Source: Dehalococcoidia bacterium (GTDB lineage: Bacteria > Chloroflexota > Dehalococcoidia > SM23-28-2 > RBG-16-64-32). Taken from it: a stretch of DNA of 64,000 nucleotides. The DNA lies in assembly GCA_035512435.1 (NCBI GenBank), contig DATKDX010000028.1, positions 13,871 through 77,870 of the forward strand, in the 5' to 3' direction. Positions 1 to 13,336 of this stretch are shown here, one piece after another. Under the pieces are notes generated by a model. The model made no database searches. It saw nothing but the letters and a program-made list of their open reading frames with translations, and was not told where the DNA came from. Both the position numbers and the translations under genes were made by a program. The stretch's first letter is position 1. Every line of letters starts with the position of its first letter.

Positions 1-1333
1 CCTGCGCTGGGAGGGGATCGTGATCGACCCGATCGGAGCGACGCTTGCGGTGTTGGTCTTCGAGGTGGTGGTTGTGGGCGATCTGGGTGAGGCGACGGAC
101 GACGTGGTAGAAAGCATTCTCCTGACGGTGGGGAGCGGCGTGCTTCTAGGCGGCGGGGCGGGCCTGTTGCTTTCGGTGCTGATCGGGCGATATTTGATCC
201 CGGACTCGCTGCAGAACCCGGTGACGCTGGCCTGTGTGGTGGGGGTGGCGGCGGCATCCAATGTGATCCAGGACGAGGCGGGGCTGCTGGCGGCGGTGGT
301 GATGGGCGTTGTGATGACGAACCAGCGGCTGGTGAATGTCCGGCACATCATCTACTTCAAGGAGAACATCCGGGTGTTGCTGCTGGCGCTGCTCTTCGTA
401 GTGCTGGCGGCGCGGCTGGAGTTCGACGACATCGAAGCGCTGGGCTTCGAGGGGCTTATCTTCATCGCGCTGGTGATCCTGGTGATACGGCCCATCGCCG
501 TGTTCGCATCAGCGGCGGGATCGGCGCTTACCTGGCAGGAGCGGGCGTTCCTGGCGGCGATGGCGCCGCGAGGTGTGGTGGCGGCTTCGGTGGCTTCGAT
601 CTTCGCTCTGAGGCTGGGCGAAGAGGGGATCGCGGACGGGGGACAGCTCGTGCCGCTGGTATTCGGCGTGGTGGTGGCGACGGTGGCGGTTTACGGGCTG
701 CTCTCGCCGCTGGCGGCGCGGCGGTTAGGGCTGGCTAAGCCGAACCCGCAGGGTGTCTTGATAGTTGGGGCACACGACTGGGCGCAGGAGATCGCACAGG
801 TGCTGCAGGGGCAGGGAGTACAGGTGCTGCTGGCGGACAGCAACCGCCCAAACGCTACGGCGGCGCGCCTTTCGGGTCTGACTGCCGTAAACATCAACGT
901 GCTGGCGGAGGACACGATGCACGAGCTGGACCTATCGGAGATGGGGCGGCTGCTGGCGCTGACCCCGAACGATGAGGTCAACGCGCTGGCGACGCAGCGC
1001 TTCGGGGAAGTCTTTGGACGGGCGGAGGTGTATCAGCTGGCGCCGAAGGGGGATGAGGCGCGAACGGAAGCGGTGGCGGCTGAGCAGCGAGGGCGCCTCC
1101 TTTTCCAAGGGGGACTGACATACCAGAAGCTGAGCGAGGCGTTCGAGGCCGGAGCAACGGTGAAGGCTACGTCGCTATCCGACAAGTTCACGCTGGAGGA
1201 CCTGGGGCGGGATGGAAAGACGATCCCGCTGTTCCTGGTCTCGCCGGGCGGCGTGCTGACGGTATTCGCGCCGGACAAGCTGCCGACGGCGCGACCCGGC
1301 ATGACGGTAATCAGCCTGACGCTACCCTCCTAG
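1..1333 (+). CDS. cation:proton antiporter (CPA1/NhaP-like) C-terminal portion with RCK/TrkA-N and TrkA-C regulatory domains; 5' end lies outside the window
   Basis: The ORF is open to the window edge. Hydrophobic TM segments are followed by a Rossmann-like GxGxxG-type stretch (VLIVGAHDWAQEIAQVLQGQGVQVLLADSN) and a C-terminal soluble domain. Confidence 0.6.
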   Translation, partial: LRWEGIVIDPIGATLAVLVFEVVVVGDLGEATDDVVESILLTVGSGVLLGGGAGLLLSVLIGRYLIPDSLQNPVTLACVVGVAAASNVIQDEAGLLAAVVMGVVMTNQRLVNVRHIIYFKENIRVLLLALLFVVLAARLEFDDIEALGFEGLIFIALVILVIRPIAVFASAAGSALTWQERAFLAAMAPRGVVAASVASIFALRLGEEGIADGGQLVPLVFGVVVATVAVYGLLSPLAARRLGLAKPNPQGVLIVGAHDWAQEIAQVLQGQGVQVLLADSNRPNATAARLSGLTAVNINVLAEDTMHELDLSEMGRLLALTPNDEVNALATQRFGEVFGRAEVYQLAPKGDEARTEAVAAEQRGRLLFQGGLTYQKLSEAFEAGATVKATSLSDKFTLEDLGRDGKTIPLFLVSPGGVLTVFAPDKLPTARPGMTVISLTLPS

Positions 1334-3756
1334 GACACGCGGACGGAAAGCAGGGCGCCTAGGTTGCGGAAGCGCTCCGTCCAATGCCGGGCCTCGGCGG
1401 CGCCGGCGCCGGCGCGTGCGCTCTGTTCCGGGTAAGTGGACTGGAGGACACGCCAATACATGTTCTGGATGGAAGAGAGGTCGACCGAGAACGGGAGGCG
1501 TTTGAGCACGGCTATGCGGCGCTCGAAGCGGACGAGGAGGTCGAAGTCCTGGGGCGCTTCGGCGAAGCTGCGGGCGACAGCTTCTACGGCGTGCTGAGCG
1601 GTGTAAGCGAGGCCGGCAGTATCGAGCTCTACGTTCCAGTCGCGGGCGTCCCTGATGATGTCGTCGAGGTCCGTTGCGACAGCGCCGCCGTCCTGCAGAG
1701 CGTCGCGGAGTCGGGAGTTGAGGACGAGCTGGGCGGCGGACTTGAACGAGGCGGGCATGGGGAATCCGACGTCCATAAGAAAGCGCATGAGGGGCGCGTG
1801 ATGCTCGAAGATCTGGCGGTAAGGGGCCTCCATTTCGGACATGGTGGAGGTGAGAACGGCTGAGAGGACTTTTCGCTGCTCGTCGCGGAAGAGAGAGCGC
1901 AGAGAGTAGCGCAGGTCGCCGAAGTGGTTATCGAGGAGGCGGAGGACTTCGGGCAGATCGGCGCGGTTGAAGGCTTCGCCCGTTTCCTGGTTGAGGATGG
2001 CGTAGGCGTCGTCGCCGCGAAAGGGACGGACGCCGGCGCTGAAGTTGTGGTCGCCGAAGTGGAGGACGCCGAAACTGTAGTCACCCGACTCGCGGGTGAT
2101 GACGGAGCGGACATCGGCGCGGCCAACGGCAAGCTGCGCGGCGCCCTCGGAGTCGTGGACGCGGTCCTGGACGGCGATTTCGTAGCAGTAGATGCGGTTC
2201 TGTTCTTCGTAGGCCTCGAAGAGGGAGCTGACGGCGTAGTGGGCGGCGACTTTTGGCAGGTCGACGATGGAGGGGCGGACGTAGCGATCATAGACGTCGC
2301 GGGCGGTGCCCTGCTCCGGGATGTTGCTAACGGCGGCGGCGAGAAGTTTAAGGAACTGCTCTTCGATGTGGTCGCCGAAGAGCTCTTGCGCCAGCTGGAT
2401 GACGCGTCCGGCGTAATGGATGACCTGACGGGGCTCGATGCCGGAGATGTCATCGAAGAACCAGCCGCAGCTGGTGTACATGAGCATGGCGTGGCGCTGG
2501 AGCTCCAGCAGTTTGAGGGCGCGTATCGTTTCCTCTTCGCCGAGCTGACGCCCGGAGACCTGCTGGAAAAAGGCGGCGAGGTTATCGTCGTCGCGGTTGA
2601 GGATGACGTCGATGTATTGGTTGCGCGCTGCCCAGCTATCGCTGAAGAGGGGGCGCCCCTCTTCTTCGTAGAGGGGCACCACGGTGTCGCGGAGCCAATC
2701 GAGGGCGTCACGGAGCGGGCGGCGCCAGGCCTGGTTCCAGCCGGGGTTACCGCCCGTGCTGCAGCTGCAATCACCACGCCAGCGCTCGACGCCGTGGGCG
2801 CAGCTCCAGGAGGTGCTTTCCCAGACTTCGCACTCCCATTCCGGCGGGTGCATCTCGAGGAACTGGCCGTAGTTGGTGAGCGTTGCGATGCCGTTCGATT
2901 CGATATGCTCCAGAGCGTAAGCGAGGGCCATGTCGCCGAAGTCATGATGGTGGCCGTAGCTTTCGCCGTCGGTGGCGATGTTGACGAGCTGCGGCCAATC
3001 GCGGGAATCGGAGAAGCCGCTGGCCAGGCGGCGTGCGAATTTTTTGCCGTCGTCGAGGAGGCCTTCGAAGGCAACGGCACGGGATATGGGCCCGTCGTAG
3101 AAGAAGATGTTCATCGTGCGGCCGGAGGGCAGGCGCGTGAAGTAGGCGCGGGTAGGATCGATCTGGCTGCCGGAGACGTCGCGCCAGGCGGTGCGCCGGC
3201 CGCCGCGAGCGCGCTTGGCCTGGCCCGGCTCAAGGATGACGAACTTGATGCCGTGCTTTGCCATTATGTCGAGTGATTCGATGTCAACGGCGGTTTCGGG
3301 GAGCCACATGCCTTCGGGTGGGCGTCCGAAGCGGTGCTGGAAATCGCGCACGCCCCAGATGACTTGCGTTTCCTTGTCGCGGCTGTTGGAGAGGGGCATG
3401 ATCAAGTGGCCATAGCACTGGGCGACGGCTGACCCGTGGCCGCCGAAGCGCGCTGCGCTCTGACGGTCGGCGGCGAGGATCTCGCGATAGACTTCGGGTT
3501 CGGCGGCTTCGAGCCAAGAGAGGAGAGTGGGGCCGATGTTGAAGCTGATGCGGCTGTAGTTATTGCTGATCTTTACGATCCGGCCCTCGCCATCGAGGAT
3601 GCGGGAGAAGGCATTGGGGCCGTAACACTCCGCGGCTATGCGCTCGTTCCAGTCGTGATAGGGGTAGGCGGAGTCCTGGGCTTCGATGGCTTCGAGCCAG
3701 GGGTTCTCCCGCGGGGGCTGGTAGAAGTGCCCGTGGATGCAGACGAATCGGTCCAA
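1330..3756 (-). CDS. glycoside hydrolase family 57 enzyme (alpha-amylase/branching-enzyme-like)
   Basis: N-terminal motif CIHGHFYQPPRENPW is diagnostic of GH57. It is 808 aa and its stop overlaps the antiporter stop (CTAG). Confidence 0.75.
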   Translation of the reverse strand: MDRFVCIHGHFYQPPRENPWLEAIEAQDSAYPYHDWNERIAAECYGPNAFSRILDGEGRIVKISNNYSRISFNIGPTLLSWLEAAEPEVYREILAADRQSAARFGGHGSAVAQCYGHLIMPLSNSRDKETQVIWGVRDFQHRFGRPPEGMWLPETAVDIESLDIMAKHGIKFVILEPGQAKRARGGRRTAWRDVSGSQIDPTRAYFTRLPSGRTMNIFFYDGPISRAVAFEGLLDDGKKFARRLASGFSDSRDWPQLVNIATDGESYGHHHDFGDMALAYALEHIESNGIATLTNYGQFLEMHPPEWECEVWESTSWSCAHGVERWRGDCSCSTGGNPGWNQAWRRPLRDALDWLRDTVVPLYEEEGRPLFSDSWAARNQYIDVILNRDDDNLAAFFQQVSGRQLGEEETIRALKLLELQRHAMLMYTSCGWFFDDISGIEPRQVIHYAGRVIQLAQELFGDHIEEQFLKLLAAAVSNIPEQGTARDVYDRYVRPSIVDLPKVAAHYAVSSLFEAYEEQNRIYCYEIAVQDRVHDSEGAAQLAVGRADVRSVITRESGDYSFGVLHFGDHNFSAGVRPFRGDDAYAILNQETGEAFNRADLPEVLRLLDNHFGDLRYSLRSLFRDEQRKVLSAVLTSTMSEMEAPYRQIFEHHAPLMRFLMDVGFPMPASFKSAAQLVLNSRLRDALQDGGAVATDLDDIIRDARDWNVELDTAGLAYTAQHAVEAVARSFAEAPQDFDLLVRFERRIAVLKRLPFSVDLSSIQNMYWRVLQSTYPEQSARAGAGAAEARHWTERFRNLGALLSVRVS

Positions 3757-3778
3757 GTCTCCCTCTGCTCTCCTGCCG

Positions 3779-5728
3779 TCAGTCTTCGGATTCTGGCTCG
3801 TGGCGCAGGAATACGGCGCCGAGCGGGGGGAGGGTTAGGTTGAGGGAGTGCGACCGGCCGTGCATAGGAACGGGCTTGCTTTCGACCGCGCCCATGTTGC
3901 CCTGCCCGCTGCCGCCATAGACCTCGGCGTCGCTGTTCAGGATCTCGCGCCAGGTGCCCTTCAGTGGCACGCCGACGCGGTAATTAAAGCGGGGGACGGG
4001 CGTGAAATTGCAGGCGACGATGATTGGTGTGCCGTCGCGGTCCTTGCGGATCCAGGCGAGGCAGCTATTTTCGTAGTCGTTTGCATCGATCCACTCGAAG
4101 CCGTCGCCTGTGAAGTCGATTTCATGGAGAGGGCGGTTGGTGCGGTAGGTGGCGTTGAGGTCGGCGGTAAGGCGCTGGATGCCGCGGTGAAAGCCGTGTT
4201 CGAGACCGTCCCACTGGAGGCTGGACTCGTGGTTCCACTCCTTCCACTGGCCGAACTCCTGGCCCATGAAGAGGAGCTTCTTGCCGGGCTGTCCGTACAT
4301 GTAAGCAAAAAGGAGGCGGACGTTGGCGGCCTTCTGCCAGTCGTCGCCGGGCATCCTGGAGATGAGAGAGCCCTTTCCGTGGACGACCTCATCGTGGGAG
4401 AGGGCGAGGACGAAGTTTTCCGTAAAGGCGTAGACCATGCGAAACGTGAGCTCGTTGTGGTGGAACTTGCGGTGGATCGGATCATGCTGAATGTATTGAA
4501 GGGTGTCGTGCATCCAGCCCATGTCCCACTTCATGCCGAAGCCCAGGCCGCCGAGGTAGGTGGGGCGGGAGACGCCCGGCCAGGCGGTGGACTCCTCGGC
4601 GATGGTGTGGATGCCGGGGTTGAGGCCGTACGCTTCCGTGTTGAAGCGGCGCAGGAACTCGACGGCGTCGAGGTTCTCGCGGCCGCCGTACTTGTTGGGG
4701 ATCCACTCGCCGGCCTTGCGAGAGTAGTCGAGGTAGAGCATTGAGGCGACGGCATCGACGCGGAGCGCGTCGACGTGGAACTTTTCGAGCCAGTAGTTGC
4801 CGCTGCTCATAAGAAATGACCGGACTTCGTTGCGGCCGTAGTTAAAGATGTAGCTTCCCCAGTCGGGGTGGTAGCCTTGACGCGGATCGGCGTGCTCGAA
4901 GAGGTGGGTGCCGTCGAAATAGGCGAGGCCATGCTCGTCGGAGGGGAAGTGAGAAGGGACCCAGTCTAGGATAACGCCGATGCCGGCCCTGTGGAGGTAG
5001 TCGACGAGGTAAGCGAACTGCTGCGGGGTGCCGTAGCGGCTGGTGGGGGCAAAGAAGCCGGTGCCCTGGTATCCCCATGAGCCATAGAAGGGGTGCTCCA
5101 TGACGGGGAGAAATTCGACATGCGTGAAGCCCATCTCATTGAGATAGTCTGCGAGCTGAGGGGCAAGCTCCTGGTAGGACAACCAGCGGTTGTTGTCCTC
5201 TGGCACGCGGCGCCAGGAGCCGATGTGCATTTCGTAGACGGAGATGGGGCGGTCGAGGTGGTTGGCCTGGGACCGGACCTGCATCCAGTCGGCGTCGTTC
5301 CATTCGTACTCGCGGTCCCAGATGATGGAGGCGGTCTGCGGCGGGTTTTCGGCGTGGATAGCGAAGGGGTCGGCCTTTTCGACCTTATAGGGGCCGGCAG
5401 CGGACTCGATCCAGTACTTGTACTTCGTGCCCTTGCCGATGCCTGGGACAAAGCCTTCCCAGATGCCAGAGTCGCCCTTGCTGCGGAGGGGGTGGGAGCC
5501 GCGGTCCCAGCTGTTGAAGTCGCCGATGACGGTGACGACCTTCGCGTTGGGCGCCCAGACGGCGAAGTGGGCACCGGCCATATCGCCCGCGGTGACGAGG
5601 TGGGAGCCTAGCTTCTCATAGAGATGGAGGTGGCTACCCTCGTTAAAGAGGTAGAGATCGTCATCGGTGAGCAGCGAGAAGTCGTACACGGCGTCGGGGC
5701 TGGTCTCGGTTTTCCTGGCTGACATCAC
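3779..5728 (-). CDS. glgB: 1,4-alpha-glucan branching enzyme (GH13)
   Basis: 649 aa with GlgB-typical motifs (VILDWVPSHF, GFDGFRVDAV-like ALRVDAVASM, EFGQ) and CBM48-like and alpha-amylase catalytic regions. Confidence 0.9.
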   Translation of the reverse strand: MMSARKTETSPDAVYDFSLLTDDDLYLFNEGSHLHLYEKLGSHLVTAGDMAGAHFAVWAPNAKVVTVIGDFNSWDRGSHPLRSKGDSGIWEGFVPGIGKGTKYKYWIESAAGPYKVEKADPFAIHAENPPQTASIIWDREYEWNDADWMQVRSQANHLDRPISVYEMHIGSWRRVPEDNNRWLSYQELAPQLADYLNEMGFTHVEFLPVMEHPFYGSWGYQGTGFFAPTSRYGTPQQFAYLVDYLHRAGIGVILDWVPSHFPSDEHGLAYFDGTHLFEHADPRQGYHPDWGSYIFNYGRNEVRSFLMSSGNYWLEKFHVDALRVDAVASMLYLDYSRKAGEWIPNKYGGRENLDAVEFLRRFNTEAYGLNPGIHTIAEESTAWPGVSRPTYLGGLGFGMKWDMGWMHDTLQYIQHDPIHRKFHHNELTFRMVYAFTENFVLALSHDEVVHGKGSLISRMPGDDWQKAANVRLLFAYMYGQPGKKLLFMGQEFGQWKEWNHESSLQWDGLEHGFHRGIQRLTADLNATYRTNRPLHEIDFTGDGFEWIDANDYENSCLAWIRKDRDGTPIIVACNFTPVPRFNYRVGVPLKGTWREILNSDAEVYGGSGQGNMGAVESKPVPMHGRSHSLNLTLPPLGAVFLRHEPESED

Positions 5729-7836
5729 TTCCTCCTCCTTTTGCGGGCCGCGTCGAGGGCGACAAGCGGCTCGAGCACCTCTTCCAATTGTCGCATCTCG
5801 TTGAGCGAGAGGCGGGCGCGATTTCGCCAGTTGACGCGCTCGGTGGTGGTTCCGGGCGTATTTTGCGGTTTCGGTGCGCCCCAGAGATCCTCGATGTTGG
5901 CGAGCACAAGGCGGGTCGGGCTGCTGCCCATGGCGACGAGCAGCGCGCGGAGGATGTTGACGTGGTCGTCTTCACAACGGCCGAGGAGGCCCTGCCTGCG
6001 CAGGAAGGTCAGAGTTGCTTTGCGCATGTGAGCACGTTTCTCGCGTTCGTTCTCAGCGTCTGTGGGGGTGGTGAGGCCCATATCGAGCCGGTCGTCGATA
6101 TCGTGACCCTGCCAAAACGCCGCGAAGGTGGGGGTATCGTGGGTGTTGATGGTGGCAACAGTAAGGGGGCGGGGCCGCGGGAGAACGACGGCGCGATTCG
6201 CGTTGAGATGGAACTGGGCCACGTAGGTGCTGTAAATACCGTGGCGCCTCATGGCCGGGGGAAGGTAGCGCGGTACGGTGCCTAGATCTTCGCCGACGAC
6301 GAGAGTCTTGTTGCGGTGGGATTCCAGGGAGAGGATCGCGTAGAACTCCTCCGGGTGGTAGCGGACGTAAACGCCGTGTCGGGCATCGTATCCGGCGGGG
6401 ATGCAATAGAGGTGGTGGAAGCCGATGACGTGGTCGACGCGGAGGACGCCGGAGGCCTTCATGAGGTGCCTGACGACGCTGATCCAGTACCGGTAGCCGT
6501 GCTTGCGGATGGCCTCCGGGTGAGCGGGCGGGAAGCCCCAGTTCTGGCCGTGGGAGAAGAGAGCGTCGGGCGGGGCGCCGCCGGAAAGCCGGACGGCGAA
6601 CGACTCGCGCTCCCGCCATACATCGTAGCTGGCGGGGCTGGCGCCGAGAGGCATATCGAGATAGAGAGCGACGCCGCGCCTGCGCGCGGTGCCGGAGACG
6701 GAGCGCATCTGCTCCCAGGTCAGCATCTGCACGTACAGGTGATAGCGCATGACGTCGGGATCGTAGTCATCGGGAGAGAGGTGGCCGCCGCGGAGCGGTT
6801 CAGGCCACTTTGCCCAGGGCTTGCGCTGCGCTTCCATGGCGGCGCGGAAGCGAGCGTAGTCCTCGGCTAGAGAATTGGCGGAGGTGAAGGCGCGGATATC
6901 ACCCTTACGGGAGCAGGAAACGGCGAGTTCTTCGAGTACCTCGCGACGGAGGGCCATGCCGGTCTTGTAGTGCACGGTTTCGTCGTTGCGGAGGGAGGTG
7001 AGGCGGCGGCGAAACGCGGGCCGTCCCATCGTCTCGCGGGCGGCCTCACTCTGCGCCAGTTCGGGGACAGCTTCGATATCGACGAAGAACTCATTCCAGA
7101 AGAGGCGGCTGGCTGGCGAGTAAGGGCTGGGCTCGAAAGGGCGGTCGAGAAAGGCGGCGAAGAGAGGCAGAGTGGCGACGGCATCACCGCCGAGTTCGGC
7201 GGTCCAGTCGATGAGGCGCTGGAGGTCCGAGTAATTGCCGGCACCCCAGCTGCGGCTGGTGTGGAGGGCGTAGAGCGGAAGGAAGACGCCCCACTGGTTC
7301 TTTTTGCCGCCGCTGTAGGCACGGGTGGGCGCACTGATAACGAGCGCCGAGGCGCTGGTGCGGGCGCCGCGCAGCCGCAGGCCGTGGTAGCCCGTGGGCA
7401 GGCGGCGGGGTACGGAGAACTGGCGCGTGATGAAGCGTCGCCCATCGAAGTCGTTTTCGGCGGTGCGGGGCAGGGAACCAACATCGAGGTGTTGGATGTG
7501 GTGGTCACCGCCTTCGAGGGTGATGGTGAGGTCGAGCCTGCCGGACACGTGAGACGGTAGTCGCAGGTCTGCGTTGCGAAGGCGTCCGTCCCAGGCGACG
7601 ATGACTGGTTCGACGACGCGGCGGGCGAGCTCCAGGCGGCGGGCGCGGAGCACATCGGTGATTTCGCTGGGTGATTCGACGGGAACATCGAGGCCGCGGA
7701 GGACGGCTATGACTCCTTCGGGGTTGGCGTACTGGGTCGCTCCGCGGACGTCATGGTAGGACGTCTCGACGCCGTAAAGCCTGGCCAACTGGCGGAGGCC
7801 GGTCGGGAATCTGGTCGCCTGCCCGGTGGCGTTCAA
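5725..7836 (-). CDS. malQ: 4-alpha-glucanotransferase (amylomaltase, GH77)
   Basis: 703 aa with the MalQ-like core (LYLDMPLGASP, HDTPT, DHVIGF). It overlaps glgB by 4 nt. Confidence 0.85.
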   Translation of the reverse strand: MNATGQATRFPTGLRQLARLYGVETSYHDVRGATQYANPEGVIAVLRGLDVPVESPSEITDVLRARRLELARRVVEPVIVAWDGRLRNADLRLPSHVSGRLDLTITLEGGDHHIQHLDVGSLPRTAENDFDGRRFITRQFSVPRRLPTGYHGLRLRGARTSASALVISAPTRAYSGGKKNQWGVFLPLYALHTSRSWGAGNYSDLQRLIDWTAELGGDAVATLPLFAAFLDRPFEPSPYSPASRLFWNEFFVDIEAVPELAQSEAARETMGRPAFRRRLTSLRNDETVHYKTGMALRREVLEELAVSCSRKGDIRAFTSANSLAEDYARFRAAMEAQRKPWAKWPEPLRGGHLSPDDYDPDVMRYHLYVQMLTWEQMRSVSGTARRRGVALYLDMPLGASPASYDVWRERESFAVRLSGGAPPDALFSHGQNWGFPPAHPEAIRKHGYRYWISVVRHLMKASGVLRVDHVIGFHHLYCIPAGYDARHGVYVRYHPEEFYAILSLESHRNKTLVVGEDLGTVPRYLPPAMRRHGIYSTYVAQFHLNANRAVVLPRPRPLTVATINTHDTPTFAAFWQGHDIDDRLDMGLTTPTDAENEREKRAHMRKATLTFLRRQGLLGRCEDDHVNILRALLVAMGSSPTRLVLANIEDLWGAPKPQNTPGTTTERVNWRNRARLSLNEMRQLEEVLEPLVALDAARKRRRK

Positions 7837-10800
7837 TCGCCTGCCTCGATCAGGCGAGTGATACCGGCGAGGGGGACGCGAAGCCAGTCCGGACGGTTGT
7901 TGAGTTCGTAGCCGACCTCATAGACGGCCTTCTCGAGGATGAATGCCTCGAGAAGAACGCCGAGTTGCTCGAGGTCCTCCGGCAAGAAGCCTGCAGGTGA
8001 GGCGGTCGCCAAGTAGCTGCGGAGGAAGGCCGCGCTGACCCAGCCATACCAGTAGATGGCGCGCGGCTCCAGCTCGGCGTACTGCTCGGAGCGGACTGCG
8101 CCGGTCTGGATCTGGTGGAGGAGGGATGAGTATGCGGCGTAGTGGAAGGAGCGAATCATGCCGGCGACATCACGAAGGGGGGAGCGCTTGAGGCGGCGCT
8201 CGCTGAGGGGGCGGGCAGGCTCGCCTTCGAAGTCGATGATGACGAAGTCTTTGCCGGTAAAGAGAACCTGTCCCAGGTGATAGTCGCCGTGAGTGCGGAT
8301 GCGCATGGAGTTGATGCGCTTATCGGTAACACGGTGCATCCGCTCCAGCACGCGGTCTTCCATGGAGAGGACGTGCTGGGCCATGCCGTAGACGTCGTCG
8401 GGCAGGCTGGTCAGTCCCCGCTTAAGAGCCGGGAAGACGGCGGTGACCTGGCTGCGAATTGACTGATAGACGGAGCGCTGGTAGAAGGGCGTGAAGGATT
8501 CCGGGGCGAAATCCAGCTCTTCAGAAGAGGCGAGGGCTACGTGCAGCGCCGCGGTGCGCTGGCCGAGGAGTTCGGCGGCGGGAAGGTAGGCGCCGATGAG
8601 GTCGGCGCCGGTTTCTTCCGGCGCGTCATCAATGGCATCGATGAGAGAAGGCGGTGACTTCAGGTCGAAATCGCCGCCGTCAAAGGTAACGGAAAGCAGC
8701 CGCTGCCAGTAGGCATCGAGGGAGTCGAGGGTATAGCTCCAGGCATCGCCTTCGTTGGGAACGAACGCGTGGAGGGCGGCCACAGTCATCGGCTCGTCCT
8801 TGCCGAGGCGGTATTCGAGGAAGGCGGCGACCGGCGGCGTGATGCTGTCCATCGATTTCTCGGTGAGGAAGCGCCCAATTTCGAGGTCCGGATTGATACC
8901 GGAATCGGGCCGACGAAAGAGCTTGAGGACGAAGGTGTCACCGTAACCGATGCTGGTGTTGCTCTGCTCCGCCCTGAGGACGGAGGGGTCAAGGTTAGGC
9001 TGCCCCCGAACGAGGCGGCGGTAGGGCGGGAGGGTGGTGCCGACGAGCTCGCCTCTGCGGCCCTTGAACTTCTTGCGGCCGCCAATCATCTCGAGCAGGA
9101 AGGAGAGAAACCTGGGATCGGCAGTGGCTTCGAAGGCGACGGCGGAGGTATCGGCGTCCGCGAGACTGACGCGGGCGAGGATGGAGTCCGGCCAGTCAGA
9201 GAGGACGCGTTCGGCGCGCTTGCCGCGGGCGAAGGCGATGGGCAGGACGTAGGTTTCCGGCTCGCCGTCGACGTAGGCGACGCGAACAAAAGCAAGACTG
9301 GCGTCGTAGCCACCAGGCGAACCGTTGAGTTCGATGGCGTCGACGATCTCCACGCCGGTGATCTGCCGGGCCTTGCCACCGAACCAGCGGCGCCCGTTGA
9401 GGTAGGCGGGCAGTGCACGCTCGAAGCGGGTGGCGACGGGGCGCTTTAGCAGCTCGTGCACGTCCTTGCGGACGGCGAAGGTGCGGCCTTCGGCCTGCGG
9501 GCCGACGCCGTCGACGCTGGGACGCTCGTGGTCGTAGTCGCGCAGCTCGAACCAGTGGAAGGCATGGGGGCCGAGCGTGATGAAGTAGGGTAGCTCACCG
9601 ATGCGGGGGAACTCGGTGTAGCCGAAGAGCTCGACGGGGCGAGCGCCGGCGTAGGCGGACATATCGAGCTCGGCGTACTGGGTGAAGCGCGAGAGGTTGG
9701 CAACGACGAGGATCGTCTCGTTTTCGTACTTACGGATGAACGCGAGGACCTTGCGATTTTCCGGGAGGAGGAACTCGATGCTGCCGCGCCCGAAGGCACG
9801 ATAGTTCTTGCGGAGGGCGATGACACGCTTCATCCACCAGAAAAGTGAGTGCGGGTTGTTCTGCTGAGCTTCGACGTTGACGGCCTCATAGTGGTATTCG
9901 GGATCGAGGATGACGGGCAGGAAGAGCTTCTGGGGGTTGGCGCGGGAAAAGCCTGCGTTGCGGTCGCCGGACCACTGCATTGGGGTGCGGACACCGTTGC
10001 GGTCGCCGAGGTAGATGTTGTCACCCATGCCGATCTCATCGCCGTAGTAGATGATGGGAGCGCCGGGGAGCGAGAAGAGGAGACCGTTCATGAGCTCGAT
10101 GCGGCGGCGGTTGTTTCCGAGGAGCGGGCCGAGGCGGCGGCGTATGCCGAGATTGATGCGGGCTTCCTTGTCCTGGGCGTAGACGCGATACATGTAGTCG
10201 CGGTCTTCATCGGTGACCATTTCGAGGGTCAGTTCGTCGTGGTTGCGCAGGAAAACCGCCCACTGTGCGTTTTCGGGGATGGCGGGCGCCTGGTCCAGGA
10301 TATCGATGATAGGGAAGCGGTCCTCCTGGTGGACGGCCATGAAAAGGCGCGGCATTAGTGGGAAGTGGAAGTTCATGTGGCATTCGTCGCCGTCGCCGAA
10401 GTACGCGGCGGCGTCTTCCGGCCACTGGTTCGCTTCCGCCAGGAGCATGCGGTTCTTGTAGTTGGCGTCGACGTGTGCGCGCACCTTCTTCAGGTATTCG
10501 TGCGTCTGAGGCAGGTTCTCGCAGCTGGTGCCTTCTTCTTCGTAGAGGTAGGGGACGGCGTCGAGACGAAAGCCATCGACGCCCATGCCGAGCCAGAAGT
10601 CTAGCACCTGCTGGAGCGCGCGATGGACCTCTGGATTCTCGAAGTTGAGATCGGGCTGGTGGGAGTAGAAGCGATGCCAGTAGTAGGCATCGGCGACCGG
10701 ATCCTTGGCCCAGTTGGAGGTCTCGAAGTCCTTGAAGATGATGCGGGCGGTGCTGTACTTGTCGGGCGAGTCGCTCCAGACGTAAAACTTGCGGGCGCGG

Positions 10801-11215
10801 CTGTTGGGCCGGGCGCGGCGGGCGCGCTGGAACCAGGGGTGCTGATCCGAGGTGTGGTTGAGAACGAGCTCGGTGACGACGCGGAGGCCGCGGCGGTGTG
10901 CCTCCCGCAGGAGGACCTGGAAGTCGCGGAGGCTGCCGTAGGAGGGGTTCACGTCCATGTAGTCGGCGATGTCGTAGCCATCATCGCGGAGAGGCGAGGG
11001 GTAAAAGGGCAGCAACCAGATGGCGGTGACGCCGAGGTCCTGGAGGTAGTCCAGCTTGTCGGTGAGGCCACGGAAGTCGCCGATGCCGTCGGCATCGCTA
11101 TCGGCGAAGGAGCGGACGTGGAGCTGGTAGATGATGGCGTCCTTGTACCAGAGGGCGTCGTCTTCGGCGTGGAGGTCGGGTCGCCGGCGGCTGCGAGGGC
11201 GGGTGCGGGTGGCCA

Positions 11216-11231
<16 letters not shown>
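7833..11231 (-). CDS. treS: trehalose synthase (maltose alpha-D-glucosyltransferase) fused to a C-terminal maltokinase (TreS-Mak/Pep2 fusion)
   Basis: 1132 aa. The N-terminal ~600 aa carries GH13 TreS motifs (WYKDAIIYQLHVRSF, DGFRLDAV, NHDELTLE). The C-terminal ~450 aa is a maltokinase-like aminoglycoside-phosphotransferase fold. Confidence 0.8.
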
Positions 11232-13294
<2,063 letters not shown>

Positions 13295-13336
13295 TAGTTA
13301 GCTGCTGCGTGGCTCCATGATACACGGGGCGAAAGC

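Noticed and set aside
1629-3276. Long antisense ORFs (1629..3080 -, 1924..3276 +, and similar ones at 8769..9449, 11552..12265, 13472..14164, 28356..29624, 44318..46075, 61705..63384)
   Set aside because: The translations are Ala/Arg/Pro/Ser/Thr-rich low complexity, typical of open antisense frames in high-GC DNA. Each lies wholly inside a well-supported gene on the other strand or frame.
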